Below are positions 49,874 to 59,639 of a DNA stretch of 64,000 bases, piece by piece. The number at the start of each line of letters is the position of its first letter. Position 1 is the stretch's first letter. The stretch spans positions 1,056,001-1,120,000 of the forward strand of contig CBDFLE010000005.1 in assembly GCA_965248925.1 (NCBI GenBank), in the 5' to 3' direction. Source of the stretch: Candidatus Multivoradales bacterium. Its GTDB lineage: Bacteria > Acidobacteriota > Thermoanaerobaculia > Multivoradales > J023. Below the pieces are notes generated by a model that saw nothing but the letters and a program-made list of their open reading frames with translations, searched no databases and had not been told where the DNA came from. The translations under genes were made by a program, and so were the position numbers.

Positions 49874-50476
49874 ATGGGAAAAGGTGAAAATACCCGCCGG
49901 GCGATCCTCGACAAAGCCCTGGCCTTAGCCACCCAGATCGGCCTAGAAGGATTGACCATCGGCCGTCTGGCCAAGGAGGCCGGGATGTCGAAGAGTGGCC
50001 TCTTCGCCCATTTCGCCTCCAAAGAGAATCTGCAAATCGCGGTGCTAGAGCTAGCCACCGAGAGGTTTGTCGATACGGTGGTCAGGCCAGCTCAGAGCAG
50101 CGCCCCGGGCAAACCACGTCTGCAGGCCCTGATCGAGCGTTGGATCGTCTGGGAGCAGGCGATCTTCCAGCCGGGCGGTTGCATATTTGTCGCTGTTGCT
50201 CGGGAATTTGAAGATCGCCCTGGAGCGGTGCGCGACTACATCGTTCGCGACCAGCGGCGTTGGCTCGACGCCCTAGCCGGGGCAGCTCGCAGCGCCATTG
50301 ATGAAGGCCATTTTCGCGCCGACGTAGATCCGCAGCAGATGGCCTACGACTTCTACGCGATCATCTTCGCCTACCGCCACTTCAGCCGATTGCTCAAAGA
50401 CGAGGCGGCCGAAGAGCGCGTCCACCGAGCCTTTGCAAGGCTGATGACCAGCTACAGCGCTCCAGCCACTGACTAG
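49874..50476 (+). CDS. TetR/AcrR family transcriptional regulator
   Basis: KGENTRRAILD..GLEGLTIGRLAKEAGMSKSGLFAHFASKENL; GGCIF. Confidence 0.95.
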   Translation: MGKGENTRRAILDKALALATQIGLEGLTIGRLAKEAGMSKSGLFAHFASKENLQIAVLELATERFVDTVVRPAQSSAPGKPRLQALIERWIVWEQAIFQPGGCIFVAVAREFEDRPGAVRDYIVRDQRRWLDALAGAARSAIDEGHFRADVDPQQMAYDFYAIIFAYRHFSRLLKDEAAEERVHRAFARLMTSYSAPATD

Positions 50477-50487
50477 GAAAACACCAA

Positions 50488-51390
50488 GTGCCACCTACCT
50501 CGGAAGCGCTTCGAAAGGGACTGTCTACGCTGCCACTAAAGGCACGATCGTTCGTGTTAATTATTCAATCTTCTCGGGAACCCGCCACGTTGATCACTAA
50601 TAGGTTTCTTGTATCCATTAAAAACACGATCGTGCTTTTAAGCATCACTGCCCTGCTGCTGCCATCCTCCATCTTGGCCTCCACTTCATCTCTGGCGGTA
50701 CTACCAGGTGGTTGGGTTCCAGACCCCGCCGCCAGCAGCCCAGAAATGCGCCGGTGGGCCGCCCGGATGGTGTCGGAGAAAGCCGCTGCAAGAGTCCAGT
50801 TCCGGCAGCTCGCTGACGCCCTCCTCAACCCTCGCAAGCTCGGGTTGAGAGAAGATTCCAACTTTACTCCCACTGCCCTCCAGGCCTTCACCTATCGGCG
50901 TGCCGACTGTGTTGGCTTCGCCTACTTGGCGATTGCTCTCGGTCGGACGGTCGGTTTGGACCTCGACTTGGTAATCGTCGGCGAGGTATTCGCAGAGCAA
51001 CAGCAGCAAGATTTGCGCATCGAACGACGCCATGTTGCCGCCGCCCTACGACTCGACTCGGGTCTCTTGATACTCGATTTTGCCGGACTGTCGGCTGCCT
51101 ACCCGAGCGCCCTGCAGTTTGTCGACCGGGCAACGGGCCGCGGTATCTTCCTGGCCAATCGCAGCGCCCAGAGCCTGCTCGCCGGTGAAATAGAAGAAGC
51201 GCTGTTATGGGGCCGGCTGGCACTGCTCTTGGCGCCTGACCTGCGGGCGGCGCGCAACAATTTCAGCGCAGCCTGGCAACGGACCGCCCATTATCAGGCG
51301 GCGCCCGACGCTTTACCGGCGATCAGCGAAGCCGCCATCGCAGAGTGCCCAGCAATTCGTCGGCAGAGCGGGTCCTGCCACCGACAATAA
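50488..51390 (+). CDS. Transglutaminase-like domain protein with C-terminal TPR (start uncertain, probably near 50600)
   Basis: TALQAFTYRRADCVGFAYL..LGR..GL (Cys), HV, LDF triad-like pattern; hydrophobic N-terminal segment; APDLRAARNN. Confidence 0.65.
   Translation: MPPTSEALRKGLSTLPLKARSFVLIIQSSREPATLITNRFLVSIKNTIVLLSITALLLPSSILASTSSLAVLPGGWVPDPAASSPEMRRWAARMVSEKAAARVQFRQLADALLNPRKLGLREDSNFTPTALQAFTYRRADCVGFAYLAIALGRTVGLDLDLVIVGEVFAEQQQQDLRIERRHVAAALRLDSGLLILDFAGLSAAYPSALQFVDRATGRGIFLANRSAQSLLAGEIEEALLWGRLALLLAPDLRAARNNFSAAWQRTAHYQAAPDALPAISEAAIAECPAIRRQSGSCHRQ
50544..50640. promoter_or_regulatory. Putative TetR operator sites 2 and 3
   Basis: ACGATCGTTCGTGTTAAT (50544-50561) and near-perfect palindrome TAAAAACACGATCGTGCTTTTA (50619-50640). 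Confidence 0.65.
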
Positions 51391-52693
51391 AGTCATTGGC
51401 CGCATACTCGAGGGTCAGGTCGATACCACCTAGAATGCCTATCCGGACCCCGATATCAAGCTTCTCCCAAAACCATGCAAAGCTCGGAGTCGGCGTTCCC
51501 GCGGGATTGCCAAACTGTGGATCGAGTTCAGAAAATCGCACGGCCGGCTGGAGGTAAGAGAAGAGCTGCTTGCCCCCTACTCCCCAGCGCGGAGGCAGAT
51601 CCCAGCGCCAAGCCAACTCCACCTCCCAAGCACTTCGATCCAACCCGGCCAGATCTTGTTCGACCCACTGGCCAAAGAGTGAGAATCCACTCCAATAGAG
51701 CCACAAATTGGCCCCGAACTCCGACTTGTCGTCGTCGGTCAAGGCGTAGGGGATCTGATTCAGCGGGCCGCGCAGGAGATCCAGGTCGCCACCGTACAAG
51801 GTACCTTCCAAGGCCACCGTCTCGGCGAGTTTTCGGCGGTAGGCAAAAGCCATGAAGTCCACCGCCCGATCGCCGCTGGCATTGGCGAAACGCAGGCCCA
51901 GAGCCGCTCCGGTCTCCAGGTCACCGTCGCTATCGAGATCCTCGATCTCCGCATCGTAGGGAACCACCACTCCGCTGCCCAGCCTGGGCTCGCGAGTGGG
52001 ATCGAAGGTCTCTGGCACTCCGTTGTCGCCGGCCAGGGCGTTGGGGTCGCGCATGAATAGAGGATTGCCCTGCGTAGCGGTGAGCTTGGTGTAGAAGTGG
52101 CGGCCGAAAGAAGCGCCGAATTCCACCCCCAGATCTTCGAATCGATTGAACACCGTCGCCGACAAGCCATAGCTCTCCAAGTGACGATCGTCCTGGCGTT
52201 CGAATTTGGGCATCTTGCCGATCTTGAGGTACATCCCCCAGGGAACTTCGGGCAGCTCAGCCGGCTCCATCTCATGGCCGAAGCGAATCCACGCCTCGTC
52301 GACATCGATCTGCCGATCCTCGGATGTCGGATTGCGGTCGTAGAGATCAATGAAGTCGACCTTGATCCGCCCATCAATCCCCTCGGCCCAAGTCGCATCG
52401 AGAGTGAAAGTGACGGTGGAGATCTCGAGATGCTCCCCTGGATCGACCACCCCTAGGTTCGCATCAAGGAGTTCTGTCCTGCCGCCAAGGTCGAGCGGAC
52501 CCACTCGCAGAGGGTGGGAAAACGCATCGCTATCGCGAAAATGAACCTTGGCCTCGAAGCCGAAATCCAGTTCTGGTCGCCCCCGCTTCTCTTCCGCGGA
52601 GTCTCTGACCGGCCTACCGTCCGCCTTGACGGAAGTCATCGGCAGGCAGCTCAGCAAGGCAAGCACAACAACCATAGCTGTGATCCGAAACAT
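51323..52693 (-). CDS. Putative outer-membrane beta-barrel (porin-like) protein
   Basis: Signal peptide, alternating beta-strand pattern, DVDEAWIRFG..KIGK motif, C-terminal TLRWRLR. Confidence 0.6.
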   Translation of the reverse strand: MFRITAMVVVLALLSCLPMTSVKADGRPVRDSAEEKRGRPELDFGFEAKVHFRDSDAFSHPLRVGPLDLGGRTELLDANLGVVDPGEHLEISTVTFTLDATWAEGIDGRIKVDFIDLYDRNPTSEDRQIDVDEAWIRFGHEMEPAELPEVPWGMYLKIGKMPKFERQDDRHLESYGLSATVFNRFEDLGVEFGASFGRHFYTKLTATQGNPLFMRDPNALAGDNGVPETFDPTREPRLGSGVVVPYDAEIEDLDSDGDLETGAALGLRFANASGDRAVDFMAFAYRRKLAETVALEGTLYGGDLDLLRGPLNQIPYALTDDDKSEFGANLWLYWSGFSLFGQWVEQDLAGLDRSAWEVELAWRWDLPPRWGVGGKQLFSYLQPAVRFSELDPQFGNPAGTPTPSFAWFWEKLDIGVRIGILGGIDLTLEYAANDFIVGGRTRSADELLGTLRWRLR

Positions 52694-52831
52694 CTAGAAA
52701 ACACCTCCATATTCAGCAGCAGCGACCGGGTTCTGGCCAATCACCACGCAGACTGCGATTCCGCTATGCTCGATAGCGCAGCATAACCCGCTAACCTGCG
52801 GCGGCCAAGACCGCGAACTCTGCTCCCCGAC

Positions 52832-54241
52832 ATGCCGGAAAAGCTCACCCTCCAGATCCCCGACAACGAACTGCGTCAAGCCGGTGAGCAGATCAGCCGT
52901 CAGGTGGCGGCGGCGGGAGGGCGCGTGCTGGTGGTCGGCGGCAGCGTCCGCGACAGCTTGTTAGGGCTTCCCGCCCGAGACCTAGATCTCGAGGTTTACG
53001 GCCTGCCGCCAGAACGCCTGCGGGGACTGCTGGAGGAGAATTTCCGGCTGGACCTGGTGGGCCGCTCCTTCGGCGTGTTGAAGTTGCGCGGTCTGGCGAT
53101 CGATGTCGCCATTCCGCGCCGTGAGTCCAAGCGTGGCCTCGGCCACCGGGGCTTCGAGATTTACTCCGATCCACAACTAGGACTCGCGGCAGCGGCCGCC
53201 CGACGCGATTTTACGATCAACGCCCTGGCCTGGGATCCGCTGACCAGAGAGCTGCTCGATCCCCATGGCGGGGTTGCCGATCTCGAAGCCAATCTGCTGC
53301 GCCACGTCTCTGAGAAGTTCTCCGAAGATCCTCTGCGGGTGCTGCGGGCGATGCAGATGGCCGCCCGTTTCGACCTCGAAGTCGCTCCCGAGACCCTCGC
53401 TCTGTGCTGCTCCATCGGACCCGAGGGCTTGGCCCGTGAGCGAATCTTCGAGGAGTGGCGCAAGCTCATGCTGCAAGGCCGGAGAATCTCTCGCGGCCTC
53501 ACCTTCCTGCGTGACTGTGGTTGGCTCGGTCTCTACCCCGAACTCGAATCTCTGGTCGGCTGTGAGCAGGAGCCGGAGTGGCACCCCGAGGGCGATGTTT
53601 GGATCCACACCCTGCACGTGCTCGACGCCTTCGCCAGCGAACGCCTCGATGACCCTTGGGAAGATCTAGTGGTGGGCTTCGGCTGCCTCTGCCACGACCT
53701 GGGCAAGCCGGCCACCACGGTCTTCGAAAATGGCCGCTGGCGCTCGCCCGGGCACGAAGAAGCCGGCGCCGCGCCGAGCCGCAGCTTGCTCGCCCGGCTG
53801 ACTGAGCAGCAAGCACTGGCCGACGCGGTGGTACCGCTAGTCTGTGAACATCTGAAGCCCTTTCAGCTCTTCGCCGCCGACGCCAGCACCGCGGCGGTGC
53901 GCCGGCTGGCGCGACGGGTGCGCATCGACCGGCTGGTACGGGTCGCCCGCGCCGACCACCGCGGCCGCCCGCCCAAACCCTTCGACGGTTTCCCCGCCGG
54001 AGTTTGGTTGCTCGCCCGCGCCGAGGAACTGGCGGTAGCGGCTCAGGCGCCGCAGCCGCTGGTGCTCGGGCGGCACTTGATCGACCTCGGACTGCGGCCG
54101 GGACCGCACTTCAAACCCCTGCTAGACGCCTGCTTCGAAGCCCAGTTGGATGGCGAGTTCGAGCAGCTCGCGACCGGGATCGAATTCGCTCGCCGCTTGG
54201 CGCGACAACATCTGGCCAGCAGCAGCGTCGAAGGGGACTGA
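52832..54241 (+). CDS. cca: tRNA nucleotidyltransferase (CCA-adding/poly(A) polymerase family) with HD domain
   Basis: VGGSVRD, DLDLE, RRDFTINA, EDPLRVLR, ERIFEE, HPEGDVWIHT, CHDLGK. Confidence 0.88.
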   Translation: MPEKLTLQIPDNELRQAGEQISRQVAAAGGRVLVVGGSVRDSLLGLPARDLDLEVYGLPPERLRGLLEENFRLDLVGRSFGVLKLRGLAIDVAIPRRESKRGLGHRGFEIYSDPQLGLAAAAARRDFTINALAWDPLTRELLDPHGGVADLEANLLRHVSEKFSEDPLRVLRAMQMAARFDLEVAPETLALCCSIGPEGLARERIFEEWRKLMLQGRRISRGLTFLRDCGWLGLYPELESLVGCEQEPEWHPEGDVWIHTLHVLDAFASERLDDPWEDLVVGFGCLCHDLGKPATTVFENGRWRSPGHEEAGAAPSRSLLARLTEQQALADAVVPLVCEHLKPFQLFAADASTAAVRRLARRVRIDRLVRVARADHRGRPPKPFDGFPAGVWLLARAEELAVAAQAPQPLVLGRHLIDLGLRPGPHFKPLLDACFEAQLDGEFEQLATGIEFARRLARQHLASSSVEGD

Positions 54242-54261
54242 TCGCAGAGACCGCTGCCATC

Positions 54262-55155
54262 ATGAATTCTCCTGCCAAGGGCAACGCCCAACTGGTGTTG
54301 AGCGCCGCTGCCTTCGCCCTCATGACTCTGCTGGTTAAGATCCTCGGCCAACGTCTGCCGAGCCAAGAGATCGTCTTTGTCCGCGCTGCCATAACCCTCG
54401 TGCTGAGCTGGGCGCTGCTGCGCCGTGCCGGAGTAGCGGCGCTGGGCAACCAGCGCGGCCTGCTCCTTCTACGGGGCCTCTTCGGCTTTCTCGGTCTGAG
54501 TTGCTTCTTCTATGCGCTGACTCGGCTGCCGATCGCCGAAGCCTCGGTGATTCAATACACCAATCCGATCTTCACTACCATCCTGGCGGCTTTAACTCTC
54601 GGCGAACGGGCCGGGCCGCGACGCTGGCTGGCCGCCCTGGTGGGCTTTGCTGGCGTGCTGCTGGTGGTGCGCCCGGCGGCTCTTTTTGGCGGCCATTCTG
54701 CCCAACTCGATCGATGGGCGGTAAGCATCGCGCTACTCGGCGCCTTGATGAGCGCCGGTGCCTACGTCACCGTTCGTCACCTGAGTAGCCGCGAAAACCC
54801 GCTGGTGATTGTGCTCTACTTTCCCCTGGTAACCCTACCGCTGTCCCTGCCCTCCATGCTGCCTGGCGCCCTATGGCCAAACGTCAATGAGTGGCTGCTA
54901 CTCGCTGCCGTGGCGCTGTTGGCACAGTGCGCCCAGGTCGCCCTGACCCGCGGCATGCGCCATGTCCAAGCCGGCGCGGCGATGACTGTGTTGTATTTGC
55001 AAGTGCTCTTTGCAACCCTCTTGGGAGCACTGATCTTGGGTGAGATCCCCGGCCTGTGGACTCTCGCCGGCTCGCTGCTGATCCTCGCCGGCACCGTCGG
55101 CGCCGTGGTCGGCACGGCTGAGGCGCGAAGCCTCCGCAGAGGAAAAACTCCCTAG
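54262..55155 (+). CDS. DMT/EamA family transporter
   Basis: About 10 TM helices, EIVFVR, YTNPIF..LGE; start MNSPAK at 54262. Confidence 0.9.
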   Translation: MNSPAKGNAQLVLSAAAFALMTLLVKILGQRLPSQEIVFVRAAITLVLSWALLRRAGVAALGNQRGLLLLRGLFGFLGLSCFFYALTRLPIAEASVIQYTNPIFTTILAALTLGERAGPRRWLAALVGFAGVLLVVRPAALFGGHSAQLDRWAVSIALLGALMSAGAYVTVRHLSSRENPLVIVLYFPLVTLPLSLPSMLPGALWPNVNEWLLLAAVALLAQCAQVALTRGMRHVQAGAAMTVLYLQVLFATLLGALILGEIPGLWTLAGSLLILAGTVGAVVGTAEARSLRRGKTP

Positions 55156-55159
55156 GGAA

Positions 55160-58100
55160 CTAAATCACCTCGGCCACCGGCGCTTTGCTACCCCATCGCC
55201 GGGCCAAGGCCGCCCGCGCGTCAAGTACCAAGCTGAACAGAGCCGGCACCAGGAACAGAGTGAACACCGTCGACACCGCCAAGCCACCGATCACCACGCT
55301 GCCCAAGCCACGATAGAGTTCCGAGCCGGCGCCGGGGAAAAACACCAGCGGCAGCATGCCGCACAAGCTGGTGGAAACGCTCATGAAGATCGGCCGCACA
55401 CGGGTGCGGGTCGACTCGCGAATCGCATCGACCGGTGACAGGCCGTCGGCACGCATGTGGTTCAACGCCTGGTGCACGACCAGAATGGCGTTGTTGACCA
55501 CCGTGCCGACCAAGATCACGAAACCGAGCATGGTCAGCACGTCCAGAGCTTGATAGGTCAGCAAGTTGAGCGCGCCGAGGCCGAGGAAGCCACCGAGCGC
55601 CGCCATCGGCACGCTGAATAGAATCACCAGCGGATAGAGGAAACTCTCGAACAGAGCCGCCATCAGCAGGTAGGTAATAAGGATCGCCAGCAACAGATTC
55701 CATTGCAGAGCCTGGCGGGTCTGGGTCAGCTTGTCGGCACTGCCGGCGTAAGACACCCGGTAGAGGCCACCCACGTCCCCGGCTTGGCGCATTGGCGCCA
55801 ACACCCCGGCATCGATGCGCTCCATCGCTTCCTGCAGCGGGATCTCGTCGGGAGGCGTCACCTGGATGGTGATGGTGCGCTGGCGCTCGCGGTGATCGAT
55901 CTGCACCGGCCCCTGACGTAGCTCTACCGCCGCCACCGAACCCAAGCTGACCTGGCGTCCATCGGCGGTGGCGATCGGTAGCTGCTCCAGACGGTGGGTG
56001 CTGAGCATGTCTCCAACCTCGCCGCGCAACACTAGATCGATCTCGCGTCCGTCGTGCTGATAGTCGCTGACCTTGGCGCCGTCGACCAGGACATCAACTA
56101 TTAGCCCCAGCTCTCGGTTGGAAATACCAAGCTCGGCGGCACGGCGGCGGCTGGCGCGCAAGTGCACCTCCGGATTGCCAAGATCGAGGCCCGGAATAGG
56201 GAACGCCTGCGCTCCCGGCAACACAGTGCCGATGGCGCCCATCACCCGGCCGCCGAGGGCAATCAAGCGCAGCAGGTCTGGGCCAGTGATCTCGATGTCG
56301 ATACTGCGGCCACCGGCGATGTCGGTCTGGAAGATACTAAACTGCTGGGTGAAAGCAATGGTACCGGGAATTCTCGAATTGGCGCGCTGGATCTCTGGGA
56401 TCAGCTCCCGCACCCGCAGCTCTTCGCGACTGGAAGCACCGACGAACACTTGACCATCGAAGACACCATAGAAGAACTCCGAAATTCCGCCCGCGGGCAG
56501 CTGCGTCGTGTCCTCGGCGGTCTCCTGCCAGAGGTGCCCGAGTTCCTCGGTAAACAAGTCGTAGAACGAGATCACTTCTTCGAGGTTGTAGCCCGGCGGC
56601 GGCAGCACGATGCCAAAAACGAAATTGACGTTGCCTAGAGGCAGGTACTCGGCCTTGGGAATCAACAACCAGCTGAGCAGCAGAGCACCGACGGTGAACG
56701 CCAGCACGATGGCCAATCGCCGCAAGGTAGTGCGGCAGATCCACTCCACACGATTGGCGATCCAGTCGGCGAGCCGGCCGGCCAGTGCTACTCCGCCCCA
56801 CAACTGGCGCGGGCCGCGGTGGCGAGCGGACGTTCGCGGCTCGGTATCGGCACTGCCGGCGGCATCGAGCAGCTTGGCCGCCAAAGCCGGGATCACCGTC
56901 ACCGACACCACCAAGCTCAAGGCGACACTGGCCGAGATCGCCAGGGCGATATCGCGAAACAACTGACCCGCCTCCTCCTCGACGAAGAGGATCGGCACGA
57001 ACACCGCGATGGTCGTCAAGGTGCTGGCGAGCACCGCTCCGAAGACCTCGTTGGTACCCTCTAACGCTGCCCGATAGCGCGACTTGCCGTTCTGACGGTG
57101 GCGGAAAATGTTCTCCAGCACGACAATCGAATTGTCCACCACCATGCCAACGGCAAAGGCCATGCCGGCCATCGAAACCACATTCAGGGTGCGGCCCAGC
57201 CCTTTCATGATCAAGAAGGTGCCGACCAGACTGATGGGGATAGTCAATGCCACGATCAGCGTGCTGGTACGGCTGCGCAAGTAGAGCAACAAGGCGACGA
57301 TGGCCAGCAAACCGCCGAGCAGCATGCTTTGGCGGACCAGCCCAATAGCGCTGTAGATGTAGTCGCTTTGGTCGTAGGCCAGGTGTAGACGTAAGCCGCG
57401 ATCTGCCAGCAGGTCGCGGTCCAACTCGAGGATCACCCGGCGTAGTTCGGTCATCGCATCCAGGGTGTTGGCACCGGGCTCCTTGATGATCGCCAGGCCC
57501 AACATCTCACCGCTGGCCCCGAGCATGCGGGTGTCGGCCTTGCGGTAGCCAAGTTCTACCCGGGCCACGTCGCCGATGGTCACCGGCGTGGTGCCGCGCA
57601 TCGCCACCACCACCTGCTCGACTTCCCGCGCCGAGGCATACTCCCCCACGGTCCGTACCACATAGCGCCGTTTGCCCTCGCTGAAATCACCGCCGCTGAA
57701 GTTGCGATTCTCACTCTCTAGCGCCGCCGCCAGCTGGCCGATGGTCAATTGGTGAGCAGCCAGCCGAGCGGCATCGACGATCACCTGGAGTTCGCGCTCG
57801 CGACCGCCGAACAGGTTGGCCTTGGCAATTCCCGGCACCCGTTCAAGCAACGGCTTGACCTCGTCGTCGACGAAGTCGCGCAAGGTCCACACCGGCGTTT
57901 GATCTACGGCCTCGGGGAGCCGGCCGAGAGTTAACCAGGCCATCGCGTTGATGTTGGGATCGGCGGTGAGCAACACCGGTTTCTCAGCGTTGTCGGGATA
58001 TCGCGGCACCTGTTCGAGGCGGTTCGACACCTTCAACAAGTTGGCCGCGGAATCGCTGCCCACCGCGAAACGCAAGCGAATCTCGGCGCGACTGTCAAGA

Positions 58101-58351
58101 CTCGAGCTCTCCATTTCGAGCAGCCCGTCGAGCCCCTTGAGTTGCTCTTCCTGCTCGTCAACGATCTCGCGCTCGATCTCCGCCGGGCTGGCACCAGGCC
58201 ACAGGGTTTGGACAATCACCATCGGCTGCTCGACACTCGGCGTCAGCTGCACTGGGATATTTACCAGGGCGAGGCCGCCGAAGAGCACTAGCAGCAGCAC
58301 GCCTACGGCGGTCTTGACCGGAGAACGGATGGCTGCCGCGACCCAATTCAT
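55160..58351 (-). CDS. RND efflux transporter permease (AcrB/AcrD/AcrF family)
   Basis: 1063 aa; GMVVDNSIVVLENI, ASTLTT, GTVVNNAIL, TRVRPIFM. Confidence 0.95.
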   Translation of the reverse strand: MNWVAAAIRSPVKTAVGVLLLVLFGGLALVNIPVQLTPSVEQPMVIVQTLWPGASPAEIEREIVDEQEEQLKGLDGLLEMESSSLDSRAEIRLRFAVGSDSAANLLKVSNRLEQVPRYPDNAEKPVLLTADPNINAMAWLTLGRLPEAVDQTPVWTLRDFVDDEVKPLLERVPGIAKANLFGGRERELQVIVDAARLAAHQLTIGQLAAALESENRNFSGGDFSEGKRRYVVRTVGEYASAREVEQVVVAMRGTTPVTIGDVARVELGYRKADTRMLGASGEMLGLAIIKEPGANTLDAMTELRRVILELDRDLLADRGLRLHLAYDQSDYIYSAIGLVRQSMLLGGLLAIVALLLYLRSRTSTLIVALTIPISLVGTFLIMKGLGRTLNVVSMAGMAFAVGMVVDNSIVVLENIFRHRQNGKSRYRAALEGTNEVFGAVLASTLTTIAVFVPILFVEEEAGQLFRDIALAISASVALSLVVSVTVIPALAAKLLDAAGSADTEPRTSARHRGPRQLWGGVALAGRLADWIANRVEWICRTTLRRLAIVLAFTVGALLLSWLLIPKAEYLPLGNVNFVFGIVLPPPGYNLEEVISFYDLFTEELGHLWQETAEDTTQLPAGGISEFFYGVFDGQVFVGASSREELRVRELIPEIQRANSRIPGTIAFTQQFSIFQTDIAGGRSIDIEITGPDLLRLIALGGRVMGAIGTVLPGAQAFPIPGLDLGNPEVHLRASRRRAAELGISNRELGLIVDVLVDGAKVSDYQHDGREIDLVLRGEVGDMLSTHRLEQLPIATADGRQVSLGSVAAVELRQGPVQIDHRERQRTITIQVTPPDEIPLQEAMERIDAGVLAPMRQAGDVGGLYRVSYAGSADKLTQTRQALQWNLLLAILITYLLMAALFESFLYPLVILFSVPMAALGGFLGLGALNLLTYQALDVLTMLGFVILVGTVVNNAILVVHQALNHMRADGLSPVDAIRESTRTRVRPIFMSVSTSLCGMLPLVFFPGAGSELYRGLGSVVIGGLAVSTVFTLFLVPALFSLVLDARAALARRWGSKAPVAEVI

Positions 58352-59442
58352 GGTGCCGGGTACTCCACGTCCTGGGCCTCCACCGCCATGCCGGCCATCA
58401 GCCGCTCATTGCCACGGGTCACAACTCGGTCACCGGCCTGGAGGCCGAGAACTGCGATCCAAGCGCCAGCGCCGCTGCCGAGTTCCACCTCCACGACTCG
58501 CGCCACCGCTCCATCAGCGGTCTCCTCCAGGCGAAAGACCCGCCGCCTGGGACCTTCCCCAAGCAGCGCGTCCTTGGGAACTAAAACTGCCGCTCGCGAC
58601 TGGCTCGCGACTAGTTCGACCGTCGCCGACATACCGACCGCCAAGTTCCCGTCTGAGTTATCCACCGCCACCTTGACCGGAAAGGCCCGCGAGCCGCGGT
58701 CTGCCCGGGGGATCACCGCCACGATTTTGCCAACCAGTTCGAGACCCGGTAGAGCATCGACTCGGACCACCGCCGAGGCCCCCTCGACAGCGGTGGCGAA
58801 GTGCCGCTCAGGCACGCTGACCACCACCTCCAACCGTGACAAGTCGACAATCTCGACCACTGGCCCACCGACTTCGATCCACTCGCCTAGCTCGCAACGT
58901 TGGGCGACCACCACCCCGGAAAAAGGCGCGCGCACCCGGGCGTTTCGCAGCGCCACCTCGAGGCGGGCAATCTCGGCCTTGGCGGCATTGATGCTACCGC
59001 GCCAGACATTGACCTCCGACTTGGCGTCATCGAGCCGCTGCTGGCTCACTACTCCCGAGGCCGACAGCTCACCCATCCGGGTCGACGACTGCTCGGCCTG
59101 CTGCAAGCGTGCGGCGACCTCGGCAAGCCGCGCCGTGGCGGCGGTATGGTCCTGCTCAATATCTTCGCGGCGCAGCCGCACCAGCAAGTCGCCGCGGCGT
59201 ACGCGATCACCTTCACGAGCCAATACTTCCACCACCGGACCGGCCACCAGACTAGCGACGACGGCGCTGACCCGCGCCTCGACCGTGCCCGCCATCGTCG
59301 CGGTGCTGCGCAGCGGCGCCGAACGAGCGGCGGTGACTCCGACCGTGGCGGGGCCGGGCGGCTGGGCCGCGACCGACAATGCGGTCGCCGCAACCGCCAG
59401 CAGCAAGATGGCTCCCAACCATGATGTTGACCTTAAACCCAT
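58348..59442 (-). CDS. RND efflux periplasmic adaptor (membrane fusion protein)
   Basis: EGDRVRRGD, VRAPFSGVV, GMSA, VPKDAL, GLQAGDRVVTRG; ATGA overlap with the permease. Confidence 0.93.
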   Translation of the reverse strand: MGLRSTSWLGAILLLAVAATALSVAAQPPGPATVGVTAARSAPLRSTATMAGTVEARVSAVVASLVAGPVVEVLAREGDRVRRGDLLVRLRREDIEQDHTAATARLAEVAARLQQAEQSSTRMGELSASGVVSQQRLDDAKSEVNVWRGSINAAKAEIARLEVALRNARVRAPFSGVVVAQRCELGEWIEVGGPVVEIVDLSRLEVVVSVPERHFATAVEGASAVVRVDALPGLELVGKIVAVIPRADRGSRAFPVKVAVDNSDGNLAVGMSATVELVASQSRAAVLVPKDALLGEGPRRRVFRLEETADGAVARVVEVELGSGAGAWIAVLGLQAGDRVVTRGNERLMAGMAVEAQDVEYPAP

Positions 59443-59584
59443 GTTCCGTAACTCCTCAAGATAGACCTGAGCCCAGATTCATCTGGGGCACGGATCTTGC
59501 CATCTCCAGGGAGAAAGTGAAACCCGAATTATAGGTACGAGAATAGGGCCGAGGAGTTCAGCGGACCAGCAGCCTATCTACAGA

Positions 59585-59614
59585 GCAAGCCGCGGCCCCT
59601 CCGCCGCGGCTTGC
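59585..59614. terminator. GC-rich hairpin downstream of the carboxylesterase
   Basis: GCAAGCCGCGGC-ccctcc-GCCGCGGCTTGC 12-bp stem; no clear U tract. Confidence 0.5.
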
Positions 59615-59639
59615 AGAGACCGGTCGATCGGCAGAAGTG

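Noticed and set aside
58388-59464. 358-aa plus-strand ORF
   Set aside because: Antisense shadow of the RND adaptor gene; Ser/Thr/Arg-rich low-information composition
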